42,868 nucleotides of DNA from Seison nebaliae (lineage: Eukaryota): positions 1 through 42,868 of the forward strand of contig JALJEE010002498.1 in the NCBI GenBank assembly GCA_023231475.1, read 5' to 3'. Under the pieces are notes generated by a model that searched no databases, was not told where the DNA came from, and worked only from the letters and a program-made list of their open reading frames with translations. Both the position numbers and the translations under genes were made by a program. Of this stretch, positions 1 through 11,147 are shown piece after piece; position 1 is the first letter of the stretch, and every line of letters begins with the position of its first letter.

Positions 1-455
1 ACTATTCCAATTGAATTTATATTTCGAAGGCCACATAGTAAATCCTTCATGATGTTTACTTCCCATCACTATATATTTGGCACCAGCTGATTTGAATATA
101 TCAACCCATTCGGAAGCATTGAAAAATGATGCCGTAAATTCTGGAGCGAAATCCGCATATGTAAAATCAGGTTTATAATTCTCTCTCATGAATTGGACAA
201 AAACTGTTGAATTCGATTTCCAATCTCTCCAGAACCATTCTGTCTTAAAACTGGGAACTTTAAGAAAATACTTCAGATTTTTCCAATTGAGCAATAATTT
301 AGTTAACCTGAATAAAGTCCCCAATGAATAAATATTCCAATTTTCCCCTCATCATACCATTGAGGTATCGGATGAGAATCCAATGATTCCCATGTCGGTT
401 CATATTTGCAGTTTGTGGTAACAATTAAGAAAGTAATAATGCTTAAAATAATCAT
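1..455 (-). CDS. FUCA: Alpha-L-fucosidase (GH29), 5' part; exons 455-308 and 257-<1, runs off the window edge
   Basis: Manual translation: [16 protein letters not shown] (signal peptide), [43 protein letters not shown]...[45 protein letters not shown], the typical GH29 N-terminal motifs. A 50-bp GT-AG intron (258-307) restores the frame. Confidence 0.95.
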
Positions 456-742
456 TATTTGACACCTATTTTATTTACTTGACAACAATTTTATAAATGT
501 GAATAATACTATTTTTGAATATATTTGAATAAAAACTTATTTAAATTGTAGAAGCTTTTCCTCACACTTCTCTGTACTCTATCCTTTTAAACTAAAACGT
601 ATTTTTAACAAAGGAGAAATATAAACTTATATAATCAATTTATTTTATCATCAAAAAAATGATTCACAATCTTTATTTTATACGAAATTCATATTTATGT
701 TTAGAGAAAAACTTTTGTATCATTATGATATTCAGAATAAAA

Positions 743-1258
743 TTAACAAGACTCTTCGAATTCCGATAATTTTTCTATAAGTTTTCCAAATCTTTCTTTC
801 TTCTTGTTTAACAGATTTTTTGCTTCGTCGAATTTAGCCCAAGTATATTGTTCATGTTCATGGCTGACATCTAGTTTCTTATCTTCCTTCAATTCTCCAA
901 AATAGAAAGTTACATGAACTATTTCATCATCTTTCTCATAACAGTAAATGACAGGTGGATTTGGTAAGAGATAAATATGTTTTTTCTTCAATCCCGTTTC
1001 TTCTTTTATTTCTCGATAAGCTGTGGCTAGAGCATTCTTATCATCATCGTCTTTTCGTCCTTTGGGTGGAGACCAATTATCTGATTTTCCTTTTTTCTGG
1101 TACAGCAAATATTCTTTTTTGGATCCATCTCTGCGAAATATTACGATGCCAGAGACATAACGATGTTTGCTGGACTTTGACTCCATTTGCGGAAATAATG
1201 TGAATAAAGAAATTAATGCCAAAGAACTGACAAGACAAAGTCTTATTGTTACGACCAT
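743..1258 (-). CDS. NUDT2: Nudix hydrolase, Ap4A hydrolase (bis(5'-nucleosyl)-tetraphosphatase)-like, with hydrophobic N-terminal extension
   Basis: GIVIFRR...EYLLYQ...WSPPKG, Nudix box GRKDDDDKNALATAYREIKEETGL, and VSHEHEQYTW resemble animal NUDT2 (GLIIFRR, WTPPKG, LSHEHQAYRW). Intronless ORF. Confidence 0.85.
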   Translation of the reverse strand: MVVTIRLCLVSSLALISLFTLFPQMESKSSKHRYVSGIVIFRRDGSKKEYLLYQKKGKSDNWSPPKGRKDDDDKNALATAYREIKEETGLKKKHIYLLPNPPVIYCYEKDDEIVHVTFYFGELKEDKKLDVSHEHEQYTWAKFDEAKNLLNKKKERFGKLIEKLSEFEESC

Positions 1259-1881
1259 TTTTTTTATAAATCTTCTAAATTTCGAAAGTTAATTGTGTAG
1301 AAGGAAAACTCGAATTAAATTATTTAGCGTTCTTCTTTCTTCTAATTTATAGTTATTCATTCGTAAGTTACGTTCATTTTATGATTCATGAACATCAAAT
1401 ATCATTGTTTGGTGACTATCTCCATAATAAAGCCTTAAACAAATATTATTCGCTTTCATATACACATCTATCTCATTCATTCATTTTTCTGATAGCACGC
1501 CCTAGTCTATAAAACGTGGTAAAATTATGATAAAATTAAAACTTTTCTAGTACAAACTGTAGAAAAATCATGAAAAATATACAAGAAAATATGGTGCAAA
1601 ATGTCATATTTTTTTCGTTTTTCCATGGTAAAATGTGGAAAATCATAATTTTCAATTAAAATGTACATTACGAAATAATTTAACTACAAATCATAATTTG
1701 AAAAACATTTAAACTATGAAATGCGAATCTCTAATAATTTTTTTCAATTATTGAAATATATAAATTGAATTAAATGAAAGGAAGTAAATAAAAATTTATA
1801 GAAATGACTACGAAACAAAACAAACGGATCGAATTTCTTAATAAATAATATATACCAAAATGAAATTTTGCATGATCCACC

Positions 1882-3641
1882 ATGATAACCATAAATTCCC
1901 CTTCACTTCTCGTAATAATAATATCTGGTAATACATGTACAATGACTGATTGGAGGATCGGTATTAAAGTTAGTAGAGATTTTAGATTAAAATTTTCAAA
2001 ATATTAAAATTTCCTATCGATAGATCACTCCTCCATATGTCATGAGAATAAAAAATTCTACCAAATTTTATGGTTTAGCCATAGATCTTTTGACGAAAAT
2101 TTGCAACATGCTAAATGTGACGTTAGATAAATTTATTGAATAACTTAGATAACATTTTTAATAGATATGAATTGGAGCAACATAACTTCCTCGGATCTTA
2201 TATTATTAAAGAGAAAAGATATTTTGGAATTGCAAAACATCTTCATGACAATGTTAATTTATGAATAAATGAGTAATTAATTTGAAAATTATATTGTAGG
2301 ATATTGATGTGGCTGCCGTACCATGGTCAATATTAATAGAACGGTTTGCTGCCCTCAAATTTACCACGCCTATTTTTTCAGATTCGTTTGGCATTATGAC
2401 ATTAAGAAGAAATGGATCCAATCAATACGATGTGTTGAAAGTCTCATAAACTTTTCTTTCAAATTAATCGCTGTTTAGGTTTTAAAACCATTCTCCTTCA
2501 AATTGTGGATTGTATCTCTAATAATAACAACGACAATAACAATAATTCTCTATTGTTTATTGAGTTATGAGAACCGTTTTATTATCAGTCGATTGAAATT
2601 GGAATCGAGAATATTTCGGAAGTTTCATTAAAATTTTTATCATTTCTTTCATTGACGAATTTTTCGTGAAAGTAACACAGAAGGGAAATTACGTAGAGCG
2701 TTTATGTTCACATTCGGAAAATTTTTTAAACAAAGTTTGTTGAAAATGATTTGAAAATTCCAAAAAATAAATTAATGTCAAATAGATGTGGAATTGGAAC
2801 CGAACGCGTCAAGTACTCGTTTTGTAGTTGGATCTTGGTCATTTGTCACTTTCATCACAACTGCATGTTATACTGCAAGTTTAACGGCCAACTTAACAAT
2901 AAACAAACCTGTACGACAAATTAATAGCTTGGATGATATAATTCTTATGGATTATACGGTTAGTATGACTCAAACGGCACGAAATATCCTCAAAGTTATT
3001 ACTATTATAACTATCATTTTCAACTATTTCATTATTCATTCAACTCATTTCCATTATGCGATAGATGTCAAACCAATCAATTTATCAGAAAATATTAAAA
3101 CAATGGAAATTTAAAAAGTATAAGACATTCAATACAGTAGCAAGGGCAGCAAGTTTCGTGAAACGAGTACCTAATCATGCAGTCATTATGGACTATTCTC
3201 AACTATTGTTTGTGAAATTGTCTTATTAAGAAATGTTCAATTTATTTTAGATATTTATCCTATTTAGATTGTGATTTATATTTGGCGAAAGAGAGATTCC
3301 AATATGTCAGTATCGCTTTCGCCACTTCATATCAATTTAAACAACTCGACCAACTGAATAAGTTGTTACAAAAATCTTTCGTAGAATTTTTATTTTATAT
3401 AATTTTATGTTCCAGAATTCTTCAATTGAACGAGAATGGATATACTCGACATTTGGTCAACGTTTATTGGCAACCTAGTGTATGTGGCGGAATACAATCA
3501 GTCGATCTCCATACCACCACAATGGAACAAGTAATCGGAGCATTTGCGCTATTAATTATTGGAGCTATTTGTTCTTCAATCGTATTAATTATCGAATTGA
3601 TATACGATTACGGAATGCGAAGAAAATTGAGAAAATCTTAA
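1882..3641 (+). CDS. Ionotropic glutamate receptor / IR-like channel, copy 1 (no ATD, ~436 aa). Exons 1882-1968, 2024-2121, 2165-2252, 2300-2440, 2479-2621, 2673-2734, 2786-2994, 3065-3207, 3251-3364, 3416-3641
   Basis: Spliced frame is open and divisible by 3. S1 (PPYVM..FYGLAIDLL; DVAAVPWSIINERFAALKFTTP), pre-M1/M1 (LKPFSFKLW), pore (FTFGKFFKQNVELEP), M3 (CYTASLTANLT, SYTANLAAF-like), S2 (INSLDDI; AVIMDYSQL; ILQLNENG..YW), M4 (VIGAFALLIIGAICSSIVLIIE). Start codon less certain. Confidence 0.9.
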
Positions 3642-3787
3642 TTAAATTCTTGTTTGAGAACTTTATCATTTCGTGTTACTAAATAAATAAAATTGTTCAT
3701 AGTGTATTAAAATATCGTCATCAATATTCTTCTAATAATTCACTTTTTTTCTTCTTTACTTTCAAAATTTTTCGGTGATGAAATATT

Positions 3788-5472
3788 ATGATAAACAAGA
3801 AGGAACATAAAATTTTCAAAGTTGCAGTAGGAGTTTACACATTTTTTTTTAAAATTTCCAATAAAGTTTGGTTAAATTAAAAAATGTTCAATCGTATAGA
3901 ATGCACCTCCATATACTTCCTATGAAGGAGATGATGTTTTCGGATTTGCTATTGATATTATGAACAATATCTGCAACACCTTAAAAATTTCATGTGAGAT
4001 AAAGAAATATAACGAATTCGGTCATCATTATTTGAAGAATCATTCATACACCGAAATTATCGATGGTTTGCGTAACGATGTTATTTTTTTATAATTTCAA
4101 TGATTTCCCTAATTTAATAGCAGTTAGTCGATTTTACGGTCGGACCATGGTCAATAACAAATGAACGACTCTCTGCCATAAATTTTACCGTCCCGCTTCT
4201 TGCCGAATCGTTAGGTATTCTAACTCTACGTCGCAATGATACTGATGTAAAAGGATATTTTAAGGTTGTGTCGATGAAATAATAAATTCAAATTCTCTTA
4301 TTAATTAATAATTAATTCTCTTCAAAGATATTTCGACCATTTCATTATCATTTATGGATAACTTGTTTAGTCGCTACAATCATCATAACAATTTTCACTT
4401 ATTTGTTATTGGTATATGAGAATCGTTATGTTGTTCCAAAATTAAACGATAATCACCAACACATTATTGAGTTTGATATCATTTTCTTTTCAATTATATA
4501 TATTATTCTTATAGTAATTCAGAAGGGAAATTTCGTCGTTCTGTTGCATTTGCATTTGGTAAATTTCTCAAACAAAGTTTAAATTTTTTTTTGGGGTTTT
4601 CGAAGAATTTTTTCAAATTGAAAAAGATGTGGCATTAGAACCAAATTCCTTTCCAACACGAATTATTGTGGGAATGTGGTGGTTTATTAGTCTGGTAATC
4701 ATGTCGTGTTATACAGCCAATTTGACGGCAAACTTGGCGATTAAGTCATCACCAATTTCAATAAACACTTTATCTGACATTCTTAAATTTGGTTATTCGA
4801 TTGGCATTTATCCTGGATCATTTTTCCAAAAATTTTTCCAAGTTTATCTTAATTTCATTTAAGTTATTTATATTTCTCAACCTGATTTCTCAAACATGAA
4901 CAGAAAGAATTGGGAGATACTTCAGAAATATTTCAGAAATCCATTATTGAAAGAAATAAATTAGTTTATCTCGGAAGTCAAGAGGAAGTGGTGGACAAAC
5001 TGCGAACTATACCTGATTTTGCAGTGATTCTCGATTATTCACAATTAGAGTTAATTTTAAATTCTCATAATTATTTTTTATGAATTCTTATTAGATATAT
5101 TGCAGTAGAAAATTGTGACTTATATTTGGGCGAGCAACGTTTCCTCCCTACCAGTACAGCGTTTGCCGTTTCATCGTCATTTCCTTATTTGAAAGAAGTG
5201 AATGAAATGTTAAATTCAGTAATTAATAACATTAAAATAAAATTGAATGAAGTATATTAAATATGCAAACAACAGGAATGATGAAACTTTATAGAGATCG
5301 ATATTGGAAGAAAAATGAATGTGACGAATCGTTTCAAGAGAATATCGATATCGTAAATTTCGATCAATTCTACTCAGTTTTTCTTTTTCTAATATTTGGA
5401 TTTGTTGTCTCAACGATTGTTTTGACATTTGAATGGATATATTTTTATTTAAATAAATGGAAACAAAAATGA
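3788..5472 (+). CDS. Ionotropic glutamate receptor / IR-like channel, copy 2 (no ATD, ~421 aa). Exons 3788-3832, 3900-4079, 4124-4264, 4328-4470, 4515-4576, 4627-4841, 4904-5049, 5095-5208, 5253-5472
   Basis: Tandem paralog of copy 1 with matching intron positions and phases. Motifs PPYT..FGFAIDIM, GPWSITNERLSAINFTVP, FRPFHYHLW, FAFGKFLKQNVALEP, SCYTANLTANLA, YPGSFF, AVILDYSQLEY, M4 FYSVFLFLIFGFVVSTIVLTFE. 5' end uncertain because no signal peptide is visible. Confidence 0.9.
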
Positions 5473-5579
5473 AAAAATTCCTTATGTGAAATATTTCGTA
5501 CAAATTTATCTTTTATTATGAAACTTGCGAAATGTTGACCCTCTTCGAAATGGTTGAATGATTGAAGATGATTAGGTAA

Positions 5580-6110
5580 TTATATTCTGGATTTAAACAT
5601 ATCACTCAACAATTTTATTTCTTTTCCATCTTCATCCTCTTCAATTTCACACATTTTATCAGTGAACTTTATAAAACGCTTTCTTTTCGTATTATCTATT
5701 ATCGTCCATTTTTCGCTTTCTTCCTTTTCCAAATTCTTCTTTATTTTCTCCTTCTTCCTTTCAGATTTGACGGAGGGAGATGTTGAATTAGATTCATTGC
5801 AATTATTTAATTCTTCTTCCTTTTGTTTCCGTAAATGTGTCAAGAAATGATCATGTACCGTTTGATGAGTGGTATGCAAGATGTGTTGATCAGAACACGT
5901 TAGTTCATGCGTGTCAATGTCTTTTGGTTTGATTCGATGCAAAACATTGAAACGACAACTGACTAAATGATCGGCCGGATAATGTTTTTGGCATCGAACG
6001 ATATGTCGAATTAAACGTCCTTGTTGCATTCGATGTTCCTTGTTATATGGACAAGTGACAATTTTAGTTTTTTCATATTTCTTCGAATTTAGATCAACTA
6101 ACTCACTCAT
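5580..6110 (-). CDS. GTSF1: Gametocyte-specific factor 1 / Asterix-like protein (two CHHC U11-48K-type zinc fingers, charged tail)
   Basis: CPYNKEHRMQQGRLIRHIVRC and CRFNVLHRIKPKDIDTHELTC fit C-x5-H-x9-H-x3-C in tandem at the N-terminus. Acidic/basic tail with a Trp (EESEKW). First ATG at 6110. Confidence 0.88.
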   Translation of the reverse strand: MSELVDLNSKKYEKTKIVTCPYNKEHRMQQGRLIRHIVRCQKHYPADHLVSCRFNVLHRIKPKDIDTHELTCSDQHILHTTHQTVHDHFLTHLRKQKEEELNNCNESNSTSPSVKSERKKEKIKKNLEKEESEKWTIIDNTKRKRFIKFTDKMCEIEEDEDGKEIKLLSDMFKSRI

Positions 6111-6329
6111 ATTCAATTCCGTTTTATCTCATTCGTTTACATCAAGTTGAAATACTAATTGAATGAAGTTAAAATAATTTTAAATATAACTTTAAAAGAT
6201 GAAATGTTTCAAAATCATGTTTCTAATCGAAAGCTTTATTAATTTTGTTTTGTACTTTCGAATTAAAAACTTTGAAAAAAATTTATTTTGAAGTCAATCA
6301 AAAATTTTGGTAACAAAATTTTCACTTAA

Positions 6330-6860
6330 AATTCGTGTTCTTTCCGAATTCGTGTTTTCTCTTCACTTGTCCTCCCATTATATGGACTCGACTCACTATT
6401 ATTCATCTTCAACAGCTCATTCCTCAGAATGGACCGAACTTATACCAACATCGTCCGTCGACTTATTGGCTGTTTCCGAAGAATTAATCGGAATCTTATT
6501 TTCGCAGTCACCGATATTCCTCCATTTCCTATTTTATATTGTCGACGCATGTTCCGCGTCCTAGACAACTTTTCGTCGTCGGAACTCTTCCCTGACATCT
6601 CATCTTTCATTCAACGCTGTATCACATCGAATCATTCTATCTCTTCTCACAGCATCGTATATTATTCGATAAACCACTCACCTCTTTCTACTGAATTTCA
6701 TGAGTTCATCTTCTCGTTCTCATCAGTGTCTCGGTTACGTGATGAACAGGTACCCACCCTAAATTCTGCCAAGACCCTGATAGAAACAAATCAGTCTAGC
6801 GCTTTGAGGATTCTCCTCGAGAGTGTCGTTTGAATTGTCCCTATATGGGAATTTACAGAT
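6330..6860. ncRNA. Candidate structured non-coding RNA, family and strand unresolved
   Basis: Visibly more GC-rich than its flanks, no convincing ORF, complementary ends (6373-6387 with 6837-6850) and several internal complementary pairs (see findings). Confidence 0.4.
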
Positions 6861-7370
6861 TTAATTTATATTTTTTTTCTTTCTTTCTTTCCTTCTTTAA
6901 ATATATAAATAAATAAATAAAATTTAATATTTAATATAATAATAAAATGATATTATATCTTCTTAAATGAAAACACTGTTTATACAACTCTTTTATACAC
7001 CACGTTTTAAACGGTGTAAGAAACACTCAAAATTAACAATTTCTTCAAACTCTTTTTTATAGGATTTTTATATGAAATTTGTTTATTATCAACAAAAGAA
7101 CAAATTAAAAAAGTTAATTGGAATAGAAACTTCTTAAGTAATTATATATTAATATTAATTATATCGGTAGGTTGGGGTGATTACAAAAAAAAAAGAATTT
7201 GATACAAAATTTGATTAAATATGTTATATCCATAAGAATGCAAAATTAATAATTATAATAATAACTTTTTATTATCTTATTTGATGAGTTTCTTTTAGTA
7301 TTATAATTCTGATATTAGATTCATTGATGATATAATATTGATTCATTAGAGACATTCGAAATGCATTTAA

Positions 7371-8111
7371 TCATTTTTCACCAATGTTTTTATATTTATC
7401 ATATGTCGAATAAGTCTTACCTTTATCAGGTGCAAAATAAATTGAAATTTTTTCCCCGTTCAAGTATCTATGACTGAATTTCTTGACAGCTTCGATAGCA
7501 GATTGTATATCTCTGTAAATCACGTAGCAGGATGAGTATTTTTCAGTTACAATTAAGTTTATTGACACAATTGAACCGAGGACACCGAATGTATTCCAAC
7601 ATTCATCCACGCTAATAGTTGTTGGCATATTCTTTATTATAATTCGATTATTCGGATCAAAGCGTTGTTCGGTAAGATAATATTCATCCTGTCGTAAGTT
7701 TTCATTCTTATTTTTGTCCATTCGATCGATAATTTCACTAGTTTCCGTAGAGTATCGTACAGATAATTTAAATACTTCATTATCGCGATTTCTTTGATAA
7801 CTCTTTCCATTCTCGTTCATAATACATTCGTCTGCCGATTTTCTATTCTCAAACGTGATTGTGGCTAGATTATATGGCATTTTTCGATTCATCTCAATAC
7901 GCAAAAGGTTTCCATAAATCGAAAACTTATCAAAAAGATTCTCTTCATTTATGTCATCATCATATCCCACTATTTGTACTTTGTACGACACTGTTGATGT
8001 CTTCTTATCTTCATATTCAATTTTCGTTATTTCATTACTTAATTCTTCCAGATTTTTTAAACTATTGTTCGATGATAATGTGGAGAAATGTTTCATTCCG
8101 AATCCATCCAT
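7371..8111 (-). CDS. RNA-binding protein with two RRM domains
   Basis: RRM1: KVQIVGY (RNP2), LFDKFSIYGNL, NLATITFEN (RNP1). RRM2: RIIIKNMP, FGVLGSIVSI, SSCYVIYRDIQSAIEAV, LNGEKISIYFA. Confidence 0.85.
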   Translation of the reverse strand: MDGFGMKHFSTLSSNNSLKNLEELSNEITKIEYEDKKTSTVSYKVQIVGYDDDINEENLFDKFSIYGNLLRIEMNRKMPYNLATITFENRKSADECIMNENGKSYQRNRDNEVFKLSVRYSTETSEIIDRMDKNKNENLRQDEYYLTEQRFDPNNRIIIKNMPTTISVDECWNTFGVLGSIVSINLIVTEKYSSCYVIYRDIQSAIEAVKKFSHRYLNGEKISIYFAPDKGKTYSTYDKYKNIGEK

Positions 8112-9177
8112 TCTTCACTTATGGAGGAACAATAAATGCTTATCACGTACTTATCTTATATGCGTACCAGTGTTTATCAGCATTTCACAATTAGTTTAGA
8201 AATCTTGACAAAATAAAAAAGTTTTAATATTCGTATCATTTAAAGAATCTGTTCAACAACATAGCTTGAAATATTTGCTAATTAATTTAATTATCTAATT
8301 TATTCCATGCTTATTAAATTAGTCAAAATGAAGCTTTTCATAGAAAAAAGTTGTTAATAGAATTTCTTATTAGCATTCTATCTCACTTACGTTAGTCAGT
8401 TTCCAAACAGATCTTTTTCAAGTGGATAAAATTTGAAAATTTCTATTTTAAATATATTCCAACTTTCAATAAGTTATTTTGGAAGTTCCTCTTACTCAAG
8501 AAGTTTCCTTACTAAAAATTTGAATTCGTTAGACAATCGAAGACATGTTAGACATGAAATAATATAAAATGATTGAACTTTAACGTAGCATGCGAACGGC
8601 GATTTCCTTTTCTTACTATTTCTCTATTCGGATTTTCTCATCATTAGTTTTTCAATTGATTCGAATTGGGAGAACACTAAGCAAAACCACCAAGACTCGA
8701 AATGTACACCACAAGTGATATACAGAAATCTGTCCCCCGATATGAATTGAGATGGTTTTTCGATGAAAAAATTTGGATGTTATTAATTGAAAAATAAAAA
8801 AGATTTTATTACAAAATTTCGCTGATATCAATGAAGCATTGATTGTTGTTTCAACGTTCAATTGTGGGATAGGCGGAAGAGAAAAAGGAACTGATTAATT
8901 ATAATGAATTATTTCTATTACACGCTGTTGATCAATCAGGTAAGACAATGAATATGTCTTTTTGTCAGTTAGCTTTATCTCTATTTTCATTCTAACTTTC
9001 ATCTGATCAGACAGATTGAGATCTTATTGTCATCTTTCTTATCAACATCCACTTCATTGAACTTTCTTCACACGATTCTTGCCAATTGCACTCTATTAGA
9101 TTGCAATGAAAAAATTTGATTTAATCTTATGTCAGAACTGTAAGAAATTATTTGAATAAAATACAATCTATATTATA

Positions 9178-9200
9178 GATATATATATATATATATATAT
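9178..9200. repeat. (AT)n microsatellite
   Basis: About 11 uninterrupted AT units. Confidence 0.9.
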
Positions 9201-10667
9201 CCTTCCCTTTGTCGACATCAAATTAATATATCTACATTTTTATTATTTTCCTTTCAATTTATTATACTTTCCACATATATTTCTTCTGCCAGTTCGCGAA
9301 TTGATCAATATTGTTTTGTTTGTCGTCTTCATTATGAAACGATATCCAACAATACCTCAACAACGAATAAATAGAAGTAGTGTACAAATAGAAATCATTC
9401 GTCTTCCACTCATAATAATTAGGGAGTCTTTCCAATTTTTCGAATTTAACCTATCCTCAGATTATTAACGATTTAAACAAAAGGAAATCTTCAACTTTCT
9501 GTTAAATATTCTAATCGGTTCTAATGGGAAAAAACACATAAGACGCATTAGAAAATGAAGAAGAAAAATAATAAATTATCGCCAAGGACTGAACAATTCG
9601 CTCTTCATTGTTCTCTTCATATTTGACTTACAGATATTGTCAGAGAGATAAAGAAAAAGAAGTGACGAAGACAAACGACCTGAATTTGTAAAGTAAAAAA
9701 AGATTAAAAGGAAAGACAACTTTTTGTTGAAAAAATTTCATTAGCATCTTCATCATCAACATGTCATCATCATCATCGTATGGGGAGTAGGAGGAATGAT
9801 CTTACTGATAGCAAGACACTCTTTGACGATTCCTATAAAATTAAAAGAAAAACTCTAATTTTTCTGGTTTTCGTTCGTTCCACTTTATATAATTAAAATA
9901 AGAGTGAGAGATCAGTCCTTTATAATTGTCTTCTTGATCATTCGCTTCTCATCATATCTCCAGTTCTTTTTCCTTTATTTTTCGTTCAGGTAAGATTTAT
10001 TTTTCGAACTATGTTTCGACGTTTCTATATGTATCGATTGATATGATGATGATGATGAGGATGAGGATTTCTTTAAAAATAATTCTATAGAAATATCGAG
10101 AGTGACAATAGTGCGATGGGAAATATTATTATGTCGGATATCCTTTCCCCTCTGTTGTGAGACAATGGACCCGACGATAGTTTTCTTTTTTATCTGTTTT
10201 TTAGATGTATTTTGTTGATGGGATCATCCACGATTTCAAACACTGAAATCGTTCCAGTTCAACGCATCCCAATTTTTTTATTAGTCCGATGAGGAAGTAA
10301 TATTGATATAATTAGTAAAAATGAGAATGGACTGGAATGAAAGAATATTTGATGGATTTCATCAAGACACATTTCTGACTTATTTTTAACTTAACAAGTT
10401 TTCTAATTCTGATTCTCTTTTATTTTTGTTTCCATTAGATGTGCTTCCTCTTTCGAAAGGTGAACACTTTTTGACAATTTTCTACATACACAAATATTCA
10501 CAATAAACACGAAATTTGAATATAATGAAATTCCTTCAAATAATCTATGAGATATTATCTAACCATCTTTAAATTAAAGAAAAAATTTGAATTTTTGGAT
10601 AAATATTATTTGATAATAAAGTGATAATTGATCATTCGATATAATCAAATTAAAATCAGTCAATATA

Positions 10668-11147
10668 ATGGACAATCTGAACAAAGATAATTTACGATCA
10701 TCGAACTTTTCATATGTTGGTCGATATAATAGTTTAGAAGATCGACGAATATTCAAGAATCTCAACACGATTGATCAATATTTTTTGACAACTCTTCGAT
10801 CAACAACAGTACAAGTAAAACCGGTGAATCGACATCAAAGAAATAAAAAGAACAACAATAATAAGAAAAAGAAGATTGTTAGGAGTGAAGTTTATTTAAA
10901 GCGAACATCACCGATTAATGACCAGAGGTGCAATAATAACGGTAATTATGTTAAGAAACACAAATTGGAGAATATTGATGACGATAATGGAAGGTACAAT
11001 AAAATTGATGATGAAAAGAAATCAAAAGAACTAAAACTTTTTAAGAAAGTAGAATTTATTTCGAATTCATCACAAATTGATCTATTAAAATGGAACAATG
11101 AATTGTTAATGAAACATTACTTATCGACAATCAAACATTTCTGTTAG
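10668..11147 (+). CDS. Possible hypothetical low-complexity protein or exon (159 aa)
   Basis: N/K-rich ORF with composition like the downstream low-complexity exons; no recognisable domain. Confidence 0.3.
   Translation: MDNLNKDNLRSSNFSYVGRYNSLEDRRIFKNLNTIDQYFLTTLRSTTVQVKPVNRHQRNKKNNNNKKKKIVRSEVYLKRTSPINDQRCNNNGNYVKKHKLENIDDDNGRYNKIDDEKKSKELKLFKKVEFISNSSQIDLLKWNNELLMKHYLSTIKHFC

Noticed and set aside
2860..2900. Thr in the M3 gate (YTASLTAN / YTANLTAN) as a Lurcher-like constitutive mutation
   Set aside because: The Thr is at position 7 of SYTANLAAF, whereas the Lurcher site is position 8, and such variation is common in divergent IRs.
5580..6110. Functional link between GTSF1 (piRNA cofactor) and the hairpin/USP locus
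   Set aside because: They are 32 kb apart with unrelated genes between; proximity in a eukaryote is not evidence.
6555..6600. RNase MRP-like GARAR pentaloop hairpin (GACGAC-GAAAA-GTTGTC) after GAAGAGTTCCG on the minus strand
   Set aside because: No matching CR-V/P4 partner near the 3' end, and the 5' region is too long; left as an unassigned ncRNA.
6690..6730. CTGATGA...GAAA on the minus strand resembling a hammerhead ribozyme core
   Set aside because: The bases after CUGAUGA do not pair with those before GAAA, so stem II cannot form.
6307..6833. Plus-strand ORFs of 85 and 134 aa
   Set aside because: S/F/I-rich, no motifs; explained by the pyrimidine-rich strand of the GC-richer island.
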